64,000 nucleotides of DNA, from the NCBI GenBank assembly GCA_010405405.1, contig MU004235.1, positions 1,130,538 to 1,194,537 on the forward strand, given 5' to 3'. The notes beneath the pieces were generated by a model that was given only the letters and a program-made list of their open reading frames with translations, made no database searches and was not told where the DNA came from. The position numbers were made by a program, and so were the translations under genes. This stretch comes from Microthyrium microscopicum (lineage: Eukaryota). Below are positions 11,700 to 25,213 of this stretch, piece after piece (within the stretch, counting starts at the first letter, position 1; each line of letters starts with the position of its first letter).

Positions 11700-14523
11700 T
11701 CAAAACCAGTTCGACCCTCCTCCAAAGAACGTCGGTCCCATTCCATTCGAGTTGGCTTGGTTCTCTGGTTGCATGGCCCAGTCCTGCACCATATCATCCC
11801 ACGTTGTCCAGTTCATGGAATCATCAGCTGTCATGTTTCCCGTCATCAAGCCAGTATTTGGCTGCACCGTCCCCATACCAGGTGCCACCTCCATGCCTAG
11901 CGGCACGCCCATCATATTCGTGTTTTGTATTTCATTCAGCCATTCATTCGAAAAGTCCGGTAATGGTAGTTGCTGCTGCGTCGCTGATGTCGGTGCCTCT
12001 AATGATGGCTGTCCAGGCATCATTGGCTGTGCAGCTAATACGGCCGGCTGAGCACTTATATCACCCGCGGCTGGGAAGCCTGCTGGCATCGGATCACCAG
12101 GTAGTGTTGTCGACACAGTCCACATGCCCAATAACGAATTCGGTGCGTCTGAAGCGTGTAGTGGTGCAGTATTCGTGCCGCCGGTTTGTGCATAGCCTAT
12201 GCCGAGGATTGTGGGGTTGAGCATGCTGTTCGTCGTCGTCTCTGCATTCATGTTCGTCAATTCGTTCTTCGTCGTTAGTAACGAAGGATTGCTAAAGTCA
12301 AAGGAGGTGTTTGCGCGCTGTTCGGCAAGCGCTTGGGTGCGGGCGTGGAGTGCTTTGCCGCGCAATAGTTTGAGTGGTTTCCAGAGATGTGCGTCTGGCT
12401 TTTCGATGGTGGTATCGGTGTCCCATTGTGAGTCCATGGAAAGATCTACTGCAGTCCATGCGCGGTCTACTTCGGGGCCAGTGGTTCGTTCACAAAGTTC
12501 GCTCAGGAGAAAGGCAATGGCGTGCCATTGAGTATCTGCTCGTGATTAGTATCTAGGTAGACAATCATACATGCAAACCTACAGGTTTGGAGCAGCCAAG
12601 CATATCTCCTGTACTTCTCTGACCGGCCTTCAGTGCGAAATGAGATGCCATACTCCACACATTCAAGAGCTCGCTCAAACAGCTCATTACGGACTTCTTG
12701 AGGAAGGCTTTTTCCTCCATCTTTTCTTTGAAATGGCTGATATAGCATCTAAGCATGATTAGTCTTGCGCTTGAGATCTAATGCTAGAAAGACTTACCAG
12801 CCACATATTAGATATGACTAGTCTCGCAATAGTAGCGCAAACCCAGGCGAGCGGTTGTGACAAATCCGCGTCCTTCAGATATTTTTCTTCAATCATAGTT
12901 TTAAAGTCAAGCAATATTTTCTTTTTTCTCTCCAACATGTCTTTTGAAGCGGGAGGAGGACCTTTGTGCATTGGCTTGAACCCTCTCATGGGCCCAAACC
13001 CAAAGAGCTTTTTCTTAGCCATACCAATCTCAAAGCGGATGATATTAAATGTCAGGTCCGTTATACCCACTCGGGACTCCGGTACTGATTCCATATCGAA
13101 CGTTATATCCGAATCGTTGAGATTGCGCGGCATTTTGGTATCTGCCATTGCGTACATTGCCGGATCGGCGCCCAAATCCTCACTCGCTCTACTGTCCACT
13201 ACAACAGCATGCCACCATATTCGGCGTCGCATTTCTCTTTGAAAGGGTTGTAAGGTAGGATAGTGATCGCCGTCTCGATGCATGCCCAGACCTTGCGCTA
13301 TACGCAACGCCAGAGAAGATAGGGACCATATTACTCGGCTTTCAGTATTGCGCCGGAGACATGTGAGGTAGAGAATGAAGGCTTGTAGCAGAAATATCGA
13401 GTCGCTCCTCAAAAATTCTGCGCGCGCAAGTGACTGCTCCATGCCGAAGCGATATCTGGCCAGCAGGTCGTTCTTCGACTCACCCCATCGAATTTTGCAA
13501 TCTTCCGGCCAAGTGCTTTGCACTGCGCTGTAACAAATCGCCATTACCAAGCAGTCGAGATTCTTGTCCCAGTTCTCCATCTTTGTAGCATAATTCTCTA
13601 TCATTTTGTCGCGGGTGGGAATATGAACCAGTTTGATCATAGGGTCAACATTCTCCTTGAACGTTTCCCAGTAAGTGTAGATCTGATCAGCAGGAGGCAG
13701 TATGGTGGAAATATCGATATTTAAGGAGCTGAGACCGAAGATAAATCCTTGATTCGTAGATGACGAATTGGAAACGTGTGTCGACGGCGAAGGGTAATCA
13801 TCCTCCTCCGAGTCTGACCATCGCATAACTTCCCCCTTGAGATCCTCAACCTAACCATTGTTAGCTATGACTGCAATATTGAATCGATGGGCATGAAAAG
13901 CATACCTCCTCATTCAGCAAAGACCAAAATCCCGGCTTGATATACCTCGTCCGTCCCGCCTTTACCAGCAAAGTCCCAAACCGATCCGCCAAATGGTCCA
14001 TATTCGGCGGGCCATCCTTCCCACCACCCTCCTTCTTTTTCTCTTTCTTGAGTTCCCGAAACTCCTTCTTCAGCCTTTCAAACTTCTCATCTGTCGTCTC
14101 GTCCGCCAACCCTGCACCCGCACCAGCGCCATCTACATGTGGCACCGCCAGCCCCGCCGCTGCCAATGCCTCTGCGCTATCCTCTGGCGATACTTGTGCG
14201 CCAAGCGTCTGGACTACGGATTCTAACCGGCGCAGGCGCTCAACAAGCTCCTGGTCCTGTGGTTTGCGCGGTTTGCGCGGCGCGCGGCCGGGCGCGGGGA
14301 ATATACATTCGATGGATTGGCGGATGCAGTTGGAGCAGGGGTGTTTTTTGTCGCATTTGACTTTGCGCCGGCGGCAAGTCACGCAGGAACGCGGGTTGAG
14401 GGAGCTAGATGCGGTGTGCGTGGATGGCGAGATGGAGTTCTGGTGAGTTTGGCCGTCAGGAGATATTGACTCTTGGATGCCAGGTGAGGTCTTTGAATCC
14501 TCTGCCATGTGTTGGAAGGCCAT
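11700..14523 (-). CDS. Zn2Cys6 transcription factor with fungal-specific TF (Fungal_trans) domain
   Basis: RSCVTCRRRKVKCDKKHPCSNCIRQSIECIFP cluster; middle homology region LRIAQGLGMHRDG...EMRRRIWW...DTKMPRNLNDSD. Three introns. Confidence 0.93.
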
Positions 14524-15549
14524 ACGGCGTGAAAAGTGGACGTAGACTGTCAGAGCAGAGAGTTTAGAACTCTAGATCCTCTAGATCAGAGTGTGGGGTA
14601 TCGCCTTTGATAGAGTATGATGACTTCAGTCGCGATGTCTTGAGAGTTCAGCAGTCTTTGAGATGAAAGGAAATCAAAGCATCAGATAGTAGTCGCAAAT
14701 TATTAGTCTAAGATTTGAGATCAAAGATGCTGAAGTTGGTGGACTACGTACTACGCAAGCTGTTAGGCACCAGTTACAGAAGTCAGAGGCTAGACCCTTA
14801 CTTGAAGACAACGTAATGGACTGCGGGTCAATGATTCTTGCAGGCCTGTGCGTCTGCAATGGCTAGACTGGTAGCTATTCTGACACGGGCAAATAAAAAT
14901 GGCATATGAGACACGAGAAAGTAATAAGTTTGTGGGGAGAAAAATGCTTAAATTGAATGTATGGGCAAGCCGCCAGCAAGGCATGGTGGGAGATCAAGCG
15001 GGAGTAACAATGATTGACCAAAGTGGAGACTCGGATCACTCCGTACGCATTGAACAGGAAAGCCAATATATTTTGAATAATGCCTGGAGAAACTTCAAAT
15101 GTAGGGCTGAGGTCAACAAGAACCTTACTTATGTACAGGTAATAGTGAGTATAATATCAAGGTGGGAAGAAATGAATAAGAAAACTTGGCCGGATAGTTC
15201 AGGCGTTGAAGTACGGTACCAATCTCTACCGGTACGTACTCGTACTGCCTTTCAGGACCTGCAATTTTACTAGTATTCTACTCTAGGGTAGACTTACTGA
15301 CATTGTTATATATGACTAGAATGCATCAAATCTTCAGATGGCCGCACTGTACGGAGTATATCTGCAGTTCAGTGTGGAAAGCAGCTTTATAGAGTAGCAG
15401 AGTACTCTATGTAAAGGAGCGGTTAGCGCCGGGATATTTTTAAGCTTCAAGTTGAGACTCTTTCAGGAGTTTCCCAACTCTAATTAAGATGAACTCGTGC
15501 ACTGAAGCTATATTGGGTGGGAACAGGGTCCCTGCTGGCAGATCAACGC

Positions 15550-16848
15550 TTATCCCAACGCTACAGGCTTTTCTTTAATTCGAGCAGGTCCCAAGTCTCT
15601 TCGGATCTCATCTAGAGCCTCCATACTGCTCTGCGGTTTCCCCTTCCTCATGCGCCGTTTACCAACTTGTGAGTAATCGCCCAGGAAATCGTCAACTATC
15701 GAGTCAAAGTCGGCTCGAATCAGCGATGGTGCATTGCTCGAAACGCTTGCTTTGGACAGGGCAGAAACCTTGGACACGTGTGATGTGGACGAGAACATGG
15801 AAGCACTTTCGTCAGCCTCATCCTGATCATACTCTTCTTGAATGCGGTCAAATCTTCGATCCAGCACTGACAGCTCTTCTGTACGTCTTAGAACAGACGA
15901 AGTCATACTGTAGCCGCTGGTTGCGGTCAATGCGCCTTTGCGCTTTTTCCGTCGTAAGCCTGTGATACTCGATGCACCGGTCAGGACTGAGGATTGCATG
16001 TCAGCGGGGACAGCTCCTGGCTTTTCTTTTTGCTTGGATTTGACTTCTTTGTCTTTCTTGAACTTATTGAATTCGCCCATCCAGTCCGCATTCGCACCTT
16101 CAGCTGGTGCAGAGTCACTTGCTGTAGGATCAAATGCTTTGACGGTATGATCAGACTCCCATCCTTCATCTTCCTCTTGTATCATGTCCCCATCCGCCGC
16201 AGATCTCTCAAACTCCCACAGATCTACCTCTTCACCCTCTTGTTGCAACGCATCGAAAACATCATCGTCATCGTCAACGTATGCTTCGTCCTCCAGAGCC
16301 TCCAACACCTCCCTTAATCTAGGATCCATATCCGGCTGAAAACCTGCAATGACATCCGGTACATCTTGCTGCGCTTGGTATGAGGTCTTTTGCACAAACT
16401 CCGAGGGCAGCATGTCGCTCGGCAAGAGTGATTCGGCCAACGATACTCTCGAGCTAGCATTGCTAACACCATCATCTGCCTGAATCTCCATATCGCGCAG
16501 CGCATCTTCAAGAGACACGGCTTGTTTGCCCTTCTTCTTGGGCTCATTTGGTACGAGGTAGGCATCGCTACTTGCTCCCACTTCACGCAAATGTTGCATA
16601 TAGTCGTATTCGGAGTCGTCGTAGAAGATGCCATAGTTTGCTGCCTCGCCCTCATTTTGCCGCACGCGGTCGCCAAACTCTTGTTCTAGTTCTTGCCGGC
16701 TTTTTATCTTGCTCTGGTTGGGATTGACTTTTTCGGTGAAGACCATGTCCGAGGCCTCGGGGTCGTGGATGAGGGGATCATTTTGGGCACGGTAGACGAG
16801 GGAGAAGGTTGTGGAGTTTTTCTTGTCGAATGCTCTTCGTCGAGGCAT
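15550..16848 (-). CDS. LTV1: Low temperature viability protein (40S biogenesis factor)
   Basis: FDKKNSTTFSLVYRAQNDPL, GEAANYGIFYDDSEYDYMQHLR, GFQPDMDPRLREVLEALEDEAYV, YSMTSS. Confidence 0.95.
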   Translation of the reverse strand: MPRRRAFDKKNSTTFSLVYRAQNDPLIHDPEASDMVFTEKVNPNQSKIKSRQELEQEFGDRVRQNEGEAANYGIFYDDSEYDYMQHLREVGASSDAYLVPNEPKKKGKQAVSLEDALRDMEIQADDGVSNASSRVSLAESLLPSDMLPSEFVQKTSYQAQQDVPDVIAGFQPDMDPRLREVLEALEDEAYVDDDDDVFDALQQEGEEVDLWEFERSAADGDMIQEEDEGWESDHTVKAFDPTASDSAPAEGANADWMGEFNKFKKDKEVKSKQKEKPGAVPADMQSSVLTGASSITGLRRKKRKGALTATSGYSMTSSVLRRTEELSVLDRRFDRIQEEYDQDEADESASMFSSTSHVSKVSALSKASVSSNAPSLIRADFDSIVDDFLGDYSQVGKRRMRKGKPQSSMEALDEIRRDLGPARIKEKPVALG

Positions 16849-17249
16849 CTTGATGCAAGATACCGGCTGATCAGGTTAAAGGATTGTTATTGTTTTTTGA
16901 TCGTGAGCCAAATGTTTGTTGCTGCCTGCTGGAAAGTTGAGAGCCTTAAACGGAATTTGGGTTGTACGAAAAGTGTTATCGATAGGAGATTTTTTTGATC
17001 TAATCTGATCGGGACCCCCACACCCTTGTGTTTAGCTTGGTCGCGGTAGCCCCTGGAATAACAACAATTCAAGCATCTGGCACGTCACTCATCATATCGC
17101 ATCCATGGACTTCGTCACATTGTATCAGATACCTCTTCATCCAATGGCACGAACAATATAGCATCTGGAGTCCGAACCTACTACTCAACAACATATCTGC
17201 CCTCAGGGCCCACCAGATCGTCGCGAGCTCTGGAGAATCGGACCCCAGC

Positions 17250-18686
17250 ATGAAGCGTAAACGAGGTCAAGCTCAAAATGCACAAAAGACACCCTCGCGA
17301 TCTCCCTCAGCAGTGCCTACTCCAGCAAGCGAAGCCAGTCAACAATCTACTCCCGCTCCCCCATCACGCAGAAAAGGACACCGAGCTCTTCGCCAACAGC
17401 AACTCGTTGACCAATTAAGCGACGATCCTGAGCGCGGACAAGATGACCTCGCTGCACACATATGGGATGATGGAGAGGCTGGCTCTGCTGATGAAGTAGA
17501 GGGAGAGGGAGACGGCGAAGAGACCGCTGCTCAGACGCCCTCAAAACCTCGTCGTGGACGAAAGAAGAAGGAGAAAGAGCTCTCGCCAATGCCACAGAAT
17601 CTGCCGCCAAACGAACGGTATTTCTGGGAGAACAGACCTGGGGCGAACAAAACCTCCAACAATACTCTTCCACCAAATGTGCTGCTGAATCATGATGATT
17701 TCTTCACTGAAAAGGATGATCACGAAGATCCACATGAACAAGAATTGCGGTTTTTGCTATCACTTCATGAAGCCGCTTTTGAGCAGTGGTCATTTGAGTT
17801 GTCAAACAAGTTCAACTTATGTCTCTATGGCTATGGATCCAAACGCACTTTGACAGATTCTTTTGCTGAATACCTTGCTGATACAATTAAACCAAGCCCT
17901 AAGATTGTCATGGTCAATGGATTTGTTCCAAATTTGACTCCAGTCGACATCTTGAATGCCGTTGCAGGCACGATAATACCCGTCCACATTAAGCTTCCGT
18001 CTTCAGCGGCCAATCTTTTGGATCTTATTCTCGAAACTCTCGATTCTCAACCTCCAAAGTCTCCCATATTCCTCTTCATCAACTCCATCGATGCTGCATC
18101 CATCCGTCGACCCAACACTCAGGCAATACTTGCTACCCTCGCTTCTCAGGAATCGATCCGCATGATCTCAACAGCTGATACTCCCAATTTCCCACTCTTA
18201 TGGGACGTCTCATTGCGGACTAAATTCAAATTCCTTTTCCACGATTGTACGACATTTGTGCCCTTTAGCGCGGAAATGGACACTGTTGAAACGGTCAATG
18301 AGCTTCTGGGTCGTAGTGGTAGACGACTGGGCGGCCGAGATGGTATTGGCTTTGTCTTGCGCAGTTTACCTGAGAATGCTCGCCATCTTTTCCGGATTCT
18401 CGTTGCAGGGCAAATTGCTAGTAGTGTTGATGATGGCTTGCAAGAAAATGATGTTTTGAAAAAGGCCGATGCAAACAAGGCAGCTGGTGTAGAATACAGA
18501 GTACTGTACCACAAGGCAAGAGAAGAACTAGTCTGCAGCACGGAACACCAACTTCGTACCCTTCTAAAAGAGTTTTACGATCATCAAATGGTAGAATCAC
18601 AGCGAGACGCACTAGGAACAGAGAGATTGCTTGTCCCATTTAGACAAGAGGAATTGGAATCGCTTTTAGAAGATCTGGTTGAATGA
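17250..18686 (+). CDS. ORC2: Origin recognition complex subunit 2
   Basis: FEQWSFELSNKFNLCLYGYGSKR, FHDCTTFVPF, VLRSLPENARHLFRIL, LRTLLKEFYDHQM. Start placed at the MKRKR ATG. Confidence 0.95.
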   Translation: MKRKRGQAQNAQKTPSRSPSAVPTPASEASQQSTPAPPSRRKGHRALRQQQLVDQLSDDPERGQDDLAAHIWDDGEAGSADEVEGEGDGEETAAQTPSKPRRGRKKKEKELSPMPQNLPPNERYFWENRPGANKTSNNTLPPNVLLNHDDFFTEKDDHEDPHEQELRFLLSLHEAAFEQWSFELSNKFNLCLYGYGSKRTLTDSFAEYLADTIKPSPKIVMVNGFVPNLTPVDILNAVAGTIIPVHIKLPSSAANLLDLILETLDSQPPKSPIFLFINSIDAASIRRPNTQAILATLASQESIRMISTADTPNFPLLWDVSLRTKFKFLFHDCTTFVPFSAEMDTVETVNELLGRSGRRLGGRDGIGFVLRSLPENARHLFRILVAGQIASSVDDGLQENDVLKKADANKAAGVEYRVLYHKAREELVCSTEHQLRTLLKEFYDHQMVESQRDALGTERLLVPFRQEELESLLEDLVE

Positions 18687-18787
18687 GACTCGACGGAAGA
18701 GCGAGTTAAATAATATCGACTACAGGACCACACCAAGAATGAACGCCTACCACATGCATCTTATGCCAACAGATATATCCAACACAA

Positions 18788-19776
18788 TTACCATCCACGG
18801 GTAGCTAGGCGCTCCGACTCGGACATTTTATCAACATTAATTCCCACCATTGCCTCGCCCAAGTCCATGCTGACCTCTGCAAGAACTTTAGGGTCCTTGA
18901 AATGTGTCACAGCTTGGACGATAGCCTTTGCTCTCTTGGCCGCGTTTCCAGACTTGAAGATACCGCTTCCCACAAACACGCCATCGCATCCCAGCTGCAT
19001 CATCAAAGCAGCATCTGCTGGAGTAGCAACACCACCAGCAGCGAAGTTGACGACTGGTAGTCGTCCGAGGTCAGCAGTGCGCTTGAGTAGGTCGTATGGC
19101 GCGTTGATCTCCTTGGCAAGGATGCGAAGCTCTTCGGGTGACATGCCCTTTGCGCGTGCAATCTCTGCGTTCACTGTACGCATATGCTTAACCGCCTCAA
19201 CGACATCGCCTGTTCCAGCCTCGCCTTTGGTGCGGATCATGGCCGCGCCCTCTGAGATACGTCGCAGCGCTTCGCCCAGATTCCGGCAACCACACACAAA
19301 CGGCACCTTATATGACGCTTTCTCAACGTGATGCACATGGTCCGCCGGCGTCAACACCTCAGACTCGTCAATATAATCCACGCCAATCGCTTCAAGAATC
19401 TATCAATCAATATCATTAGCAGATATCCCCAACTGCACACCAAATAATATGAATCTTGACGACTTACCTGGCATTCCACAAAGTGTCCAATCCGCGCCTT
19501 GGCCATGACAGGAATAGTAACAGTGTCCATAATCTCCTTGATCATCTTGGGATCTGACATGCGCGCTACGCCGCCAGTGACGCGAATATCGGCGGGAATA
19601 CGCTCGAGGGCCATGACGGCGACGGCGCCAGCTTCTTCAGCGATGCGTGCTTGGGCAGCGTTCGTCACGTCCATGATGACGCCGCCTTTGAGCATGCGGG
19701 CGAGACCTTCCTTGACGGAGGCGTCGGAGGAGCCGCCATTGGGGGCGTTGGCGTTGTGTGGGAGTTCAGTTGCCAT
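18788..19776 (-). CDS. PDX1: Pyridoxal 5'-phosphate synthase subunit
   Basis: [82 protein letters not shown]. One intron. Confidence 0.98.
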
Positions 19777-20885
19777 GGTTGATGTATGGGAGGGAGTTTG
19801 TGGTTGAGGCGATGGATTTGCGATTGATATTTATGGTTTTGAAGAAGCTTTGTGAGTCAGCTTTGGTTGATATTGAATTGGACTTGTGAGTCAATTTCTG
19901 ATGGAGCAATGGAAGAAGGTGAGAGAAGAAAAAAATAGAAAGCGGCCGTTGTCGGCTTGCGGCGCAAAAAGTTCGCCAATGAGTCAATGTGGCAGGGATC
20001 AGAGTATGGTGTTATGCTCCAGACTGTCTACTATCCGTATATAGACAATTGTTGACAAGTCAAGCCGTCATGCAGGGAAAAGTGCTATGTTGCTTTTGCT
20101 AGGGCGCATATGTCAAATTGGTGGGGTATATTCAGATCATCAATTCGGTTGGCTTCGGCTTTGGTGGGGTTTTTATTCTCTGCTTCGGGCTTTGGTTCAC
20201 TACTTCTCTCCATTCCGTGTGGTGTATAAACCTCCATATCGGGATCTGCTTGGTTCGCCTGTCGTTGTTTGTTGCCCATGATTTCCCTTTATCAAATCTT
20301 TCACTGTTAGCTTGCCGCTGCGGCAATCCGTTTCCAGGCTATATGCTCCAATCACTATCTTCTAGTAGTTCCGCTTTCAAATATGTACTTTGAAGGCAAA
20401 GCTGAATCATACTCAACTTTGAGTTGGTCGTAAGATCACTACATCGTGTATATCAATCCCACTCAGAATCTACCCGAATATGTGCCTCCTAGATACGGTA
20501 CATTAGGGGATACCAGATTACTTCCTAGATAGGCACGATGGTTCGATATCACTAAGGCATGTTATCAACCATCGAAGTTGCTCGATGGAACTAGTACACA
20601 CATTTTCAAGAAAGTAATATTTGATTAAGCGTGCGAGAGTCCACAGAGATATGGCTCATGAAATAGTCTAAACTGCTTCTCAATCTCAGGCCTTTTCGAC
20701 ATGCTTGTGATGGTTTCCTTGCCACATCAGCCAACGGCTTATAGATCTCATATAGAATGAAGGTCTCCGCAACAGCAACATGTATGTCTCCGACTTCTTG
20801 GACAGATATAATTCCCAGATCATGAGCACCAGTAAAAGTGAGTAAGCAGCTAAAATGTGAGTGTTGATCAGCTCCAGGCCTGCTA

Positions 20886-22017
20886 TCAACCAAATCGTTT
20901 ATTGATAGATTCCCTGATGATTTCCACTAGTATGAAAGGCACGTACAGCAAGAGCTTAGCGGTGACCATGCAACAAGAGTCAGAACGATGAGGAAGGGAT
21001 CCGATCCACTCAGCTTCATCTGGTCTGACCCGAGCCTGTTCCGGAGTTGGACGCAAGATTTTGAACGCGTATCCTTCATCTGCGTCAAGCGCGAGCTTGG
21101 GTTTGTAACTGCGTAGCCATGGTAATTGCACGGTGAAATTTGGCACCGTTAGAGCCTGCAAAGGTCGAAGAAGTTCCGCCTCTGAGATTCTCCAGCGGGC
21201 ATCGTGTATCTTGACATGCAAGTCCTGCAAAGATGTCGCCAAGCCTACGATTTGCCAAAGTCCTCTCCAATGAGCCTCTTCTTCTCGAATAGTCGATATC
21301 AGAATATTGGCTAGCTGTCGATCATTTTCTTCGGGCCCACAACGACGAAGATATTCGGAGTTTGGTATATACATCGGCGTATTTGCCTCAACTACTATCA
21401 CAAGAGTCTTGAGTGAGCTCAATGCGGCATCACTGAAAGTGGTGAGAAGTGACCAAATTGAAGAGGAACCATATCCGCGAACGATCATACTCGTGCTAGA
21501 ATAGAGCTCGTGTCGTAGCTCTGCGGTACTTGAAGAATCTGTTAGAAACTTGCATCAGAGTAAATGACGAAAATGCTTACGCTTTGGCACAAGTGAGCAT
21601 TAGTGCTACAATTGAGCTTCGGCTTCTTGCTTCCCACTCAGCTCCGTAGGATTTAATTACCTTGCCGACTTTGTCAGGAAATGCGCTGAAGCAACGACGG
21701 TGATTCATATGAAAAGAATCTTTCTCATTTCTCCCAGAATGGCCTTCCCAAGTCGCAAAGTCGCACGCGAACAGGCAGGGGTTACCAATTGTCACCGCAC
21801 CATATACATGGTAATGTATACGGTGGTCGTGATAGCTCTCCAAATGAACGGCATGACCTGGTACGGGAAGGAGTTGCTGATAGATCATGATTCGAATTTC
21901 GGCAGGAAATTTGCTGAAGAACGGAGATTGTAGTTGTTCGTGGGGCTGTGATACTGAGGATGAAAGCCACTGCTGTTTCTCTGCAGATATTGGAGCGTTG
22001 TTCATTGCGTCTGACAT
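20886..22017 (-). CDS. Uncharacterised fungal protein with F-box-like QSPFF..FPAEIR N-terminus (DUF7730-like)
   Basis: QLQSPFFSKFPAEIRIMIY...LMLTCAKA|TAELRHELYS after one intron. Paralogue at 38817-39945. Confidence 0.72.
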
Positions 22018-23452
22018 CCTGGCAGTTGAGTGAACAAAAACTTATGCACTCAATACATTTAAGGCAGTTGAGAAGTTCTTACGAAAAGGATAGGGAAAAT
22101 GTACAACCCTGAGTCCCTGACGGGTGAGAGCTGAAGCATGAAGTACTGTAGGGAACGCGGCCTCAGCCTCAGGGGACATTGATCCGATAGAGCTGAGAGC
22201 TATGTCAGGGGAGTAAATTCTTCAGAGTTTCGGTGTCAATTTACATTTCTCTGAATACCTTGTGATGTTCGATTTCCATGATGATGCTAGTAGGCTGAGC
22301 CTGCAAAGATCAAGTATGTTCATTTCCAGTAGAACGCTGGCCATGCCGTAATATGACATCTGGGCTCAGGCGTCGATTCCGGTAGTCCATTTGAAGAGAG
22401 TCGGATGTGAATTGTGGATGCGCATTGGTATCAACTTGGAAACTTACATATCTTAGAGCCTAGGTTATTTCCGCAGCGAAGACACTTGTGTAGCATTGCG
22501 ATGGCATTGGAAGGAAGTGTGGTTACTGGACAGTAAGTTGAAACTATTTTGATACAACCTGAAGATTAGCGATCGCAAGTACTCTGTCTAGAGTTTTGTA
22601 AGGCCAATGAATTACCAAGCGTAGGCCGGTGTAGCTCGCACATCCGTTCCGAAGCGCTACTTATTTCCATTTCTAAGCCTACGCTAACCTGAATCGCGTC
22701 TGATTTCATAAGTGATAGTCAGGTACCAAATCAGCCAATGAGATCCAGTATCAAATGTTGGATTCTAATTTCTAGAATCGAAGGATTGGATGTTAGAATA
22801 TTAATGCGCTTCATTGAATGCATCAAGATAACCCGCTCCAGCCACATGGTTCAAATAGTCACATGAAGACCTATAAGGACCAGACTTGGATACTCATATT
22901 CATGGAGAATGCAGGTAGAGATAGCCTTGAGGTGATCGCTGCAAAGTGAGCTTACATCGACAAGCGCGAGTTGGAGATAGCCTCATTATTGTCGCACAAT
23001 CCTGCAAGGCTGCAATGGAAATTCCTCGGAACTCCCCACCAACAGCCCGATGATGGGTACATAATTGCTAATGGCTGCTATCGCTCAAAAAGCCGTCCTA
23101 CGCCATTTCTTGTACGATAGGATCAATTGGGCTGTTTGAGATGGTGGAGAGCCACCAAAAGTCGTGGCTCTCAAACATGGCGTTAGTTTCAAAGGCCCTT
23201 GCACTCCTTCGGATGGTGATTTTTGCCGTCAAGACGGTCGTGATTATTAAAGCTCCACTTTAGGCTTGAGACTGTTTCCATTGGTATATAATCTCTGCTT
23301 ACTCCCCCAACATCTTCATCCTCAAGTTTGCATTTCCATCATCTGGAATCCGTGTTTTTGTGCTTCGTGACATCAACTCTCGTTGGCTTCATCAAACCCC
23401 TAACCCGTCTCAAGCACCACAGAAAAGCCAAACACCAAGAAACAACAAAGCA

Positions 23453-24876
23453 ATGTCTTCTGCCGAGCCTCAAGTCGCGGCCACCGGCGTACCTACTACT
23501 GCTGCTGCAGAACCTCAAGTCACAGAACCTCAAGCTCTACCCTCAGTTGCGACAAAGCACATTGTCGTCCTAGGAGCCTCCTATGCCGGTCTCCAGGCCA
23601 CTCACCACATTCTCCGACACACAATCTCATCACTCCCGAATAAGGCGTCTTACCACGTAACTCTCGTCGATCCCTCCAGTAAGCACTAACTACACTCTTC
23701 CGAGTTGACTCGAGACCAAACTGACAATCCATAGCAACCTGGTTCAACCGTATCGCCGCCCCACGCGCCATCGTCTCCGAAGCAGCCCTCCCACTAGACA
23801 AAGTCCTATTCCCCATCGCCGAAGCCTTCAAGGCTTACCCCAAAGAACAATTCACTTTCGTCCAAGGAACCGCCAACGCCCTCGACACCACCACCCGTGC
23901 CGTCACCATTAGCAAAGCAGATGGCACCACCGAGTCCATTAGTTACTACGCGCTCGTTATCGCTGTTGGCGCCGCGTCTCCCTCACCACTACTAGGCGTA
24001 CAAGGTTCCCACGAGCACAGCGTGACGGCCATCAAAGCCTTCCGCGAAGCCTACCCCAATGCCAAATCCATCGTCATCGCAGGCGGCGGACCAGCTGGCG
24101 TGGAGACAGCCGGTGAACTCGGCCAAGCACTAAATGGCAGCGCCGGTCTCTTCGCCAAGCGACCAAAGGTCATTAAAACGAAAATCACACTCGTTACTGC
24201 CGACAAGAAACTCTTACCCGTACTACGACCTGCGCTCGCAGCCAAGGCCGAGAAGCTGCTAAATCGTGTTGGCGTGGATGTCGTATACAACACCCGCGTC
24301 GAGTCCACACTCCCCGAATTCGCCGGCCGTATCGACAGCGCAGGTAGTCTAGACAGCGTATTGAGCGCCACAAAATTCACGCTCAGTGATGGAACTGTGT
24401 TGGACGCAGATATCTACATTCCCGCAACTGGTCTCAGCGTCAACACAAAATGGCTTCCTAGAGACCTCCTCGATGACCGTGGTCGTGTAGCAAACGACAA
24501 GCATCTACGCGTAGCCAAGGCGGGTGCACGCGTATATGCAGTCGGTGATGTGGGTGCCCATGGACGTGGTGGTGCATTTGAGCTGATGCAGACATTACCT
24601 GTGGCACTGGTCAATATTGACCGGGACTTGAAGCACGATGCTACGCGGGAGAGTGGAAACGAGACAGCACCCAAGGGCAAGGACAATGAGTTTGATAATA
24701 AGCTACAGGAGAGCCAGTTGGTGCCCATTGGAAGCAAGGGTGTAGGTGCGGTATTTGGCTGGAAATTACCCAGCTTCATGGTCTGGTTGATCAAGGGACG
24801 GGATTATATGGTCAGCCGATCGCCTGGTACGGTCAATGGCGATGCTCAAAAGAAGCCCATCAAGTGGACAGGTTAA
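23453..24876 (+). CDS. AMID/AIF-like FAD-dependent pyridine nucleotide-disulfide oxidoreductase
   Basis: HIVVLGASYAG, SIVIAGGGPAGVETAGEL, VYAVGDV, MVWLIKGRDY. One intron 23679-23734. Confidence 0.9.
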
Positions 24877-25213
24877 GACGGAGTCGCCGAATTGTGCTTT
24901 GTTTGCTTGTTTCTTGGGCGTGATACCAATCTGTTTTTAGTTGTAGTTCTCGGTCCTGGATGGGCGGTTATATAGGTTTAATCAGTAGCTAATTCATACA
25001 CTTCTATACATATTCACGAATGACAGAACTGAGCCTGGTTAGGAAGTGGTCACGAATACCAGCAAATGTGTTTGATTTTGGAGTTGCCACAACCGACCAG
25101 AGAACTCCGTAGCCAGTACATTTTGAGCACACTGGTGTGAACTAGCATAACCCCGTACGGCTTGATACGATAATTTGAATTCCTTAGACAAGAGCAGGTA
25201 GATCGTCGTCATC

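Noticed and set aside
17028..17249. Longer ORC2 N-terminus from the ORF track
   Set aside because: Starts at a non-ATG codon and reads like 5' UTR; the first convincing ATG is at 17250.
19776..20900. PDX2/SNO partner next to PDX1, and the 64-aa ORF at 20085-20279
   Set aside because: No glutaminase motifs are present and the pairing is not universal in fungi. The small ORF has no recognisable features.
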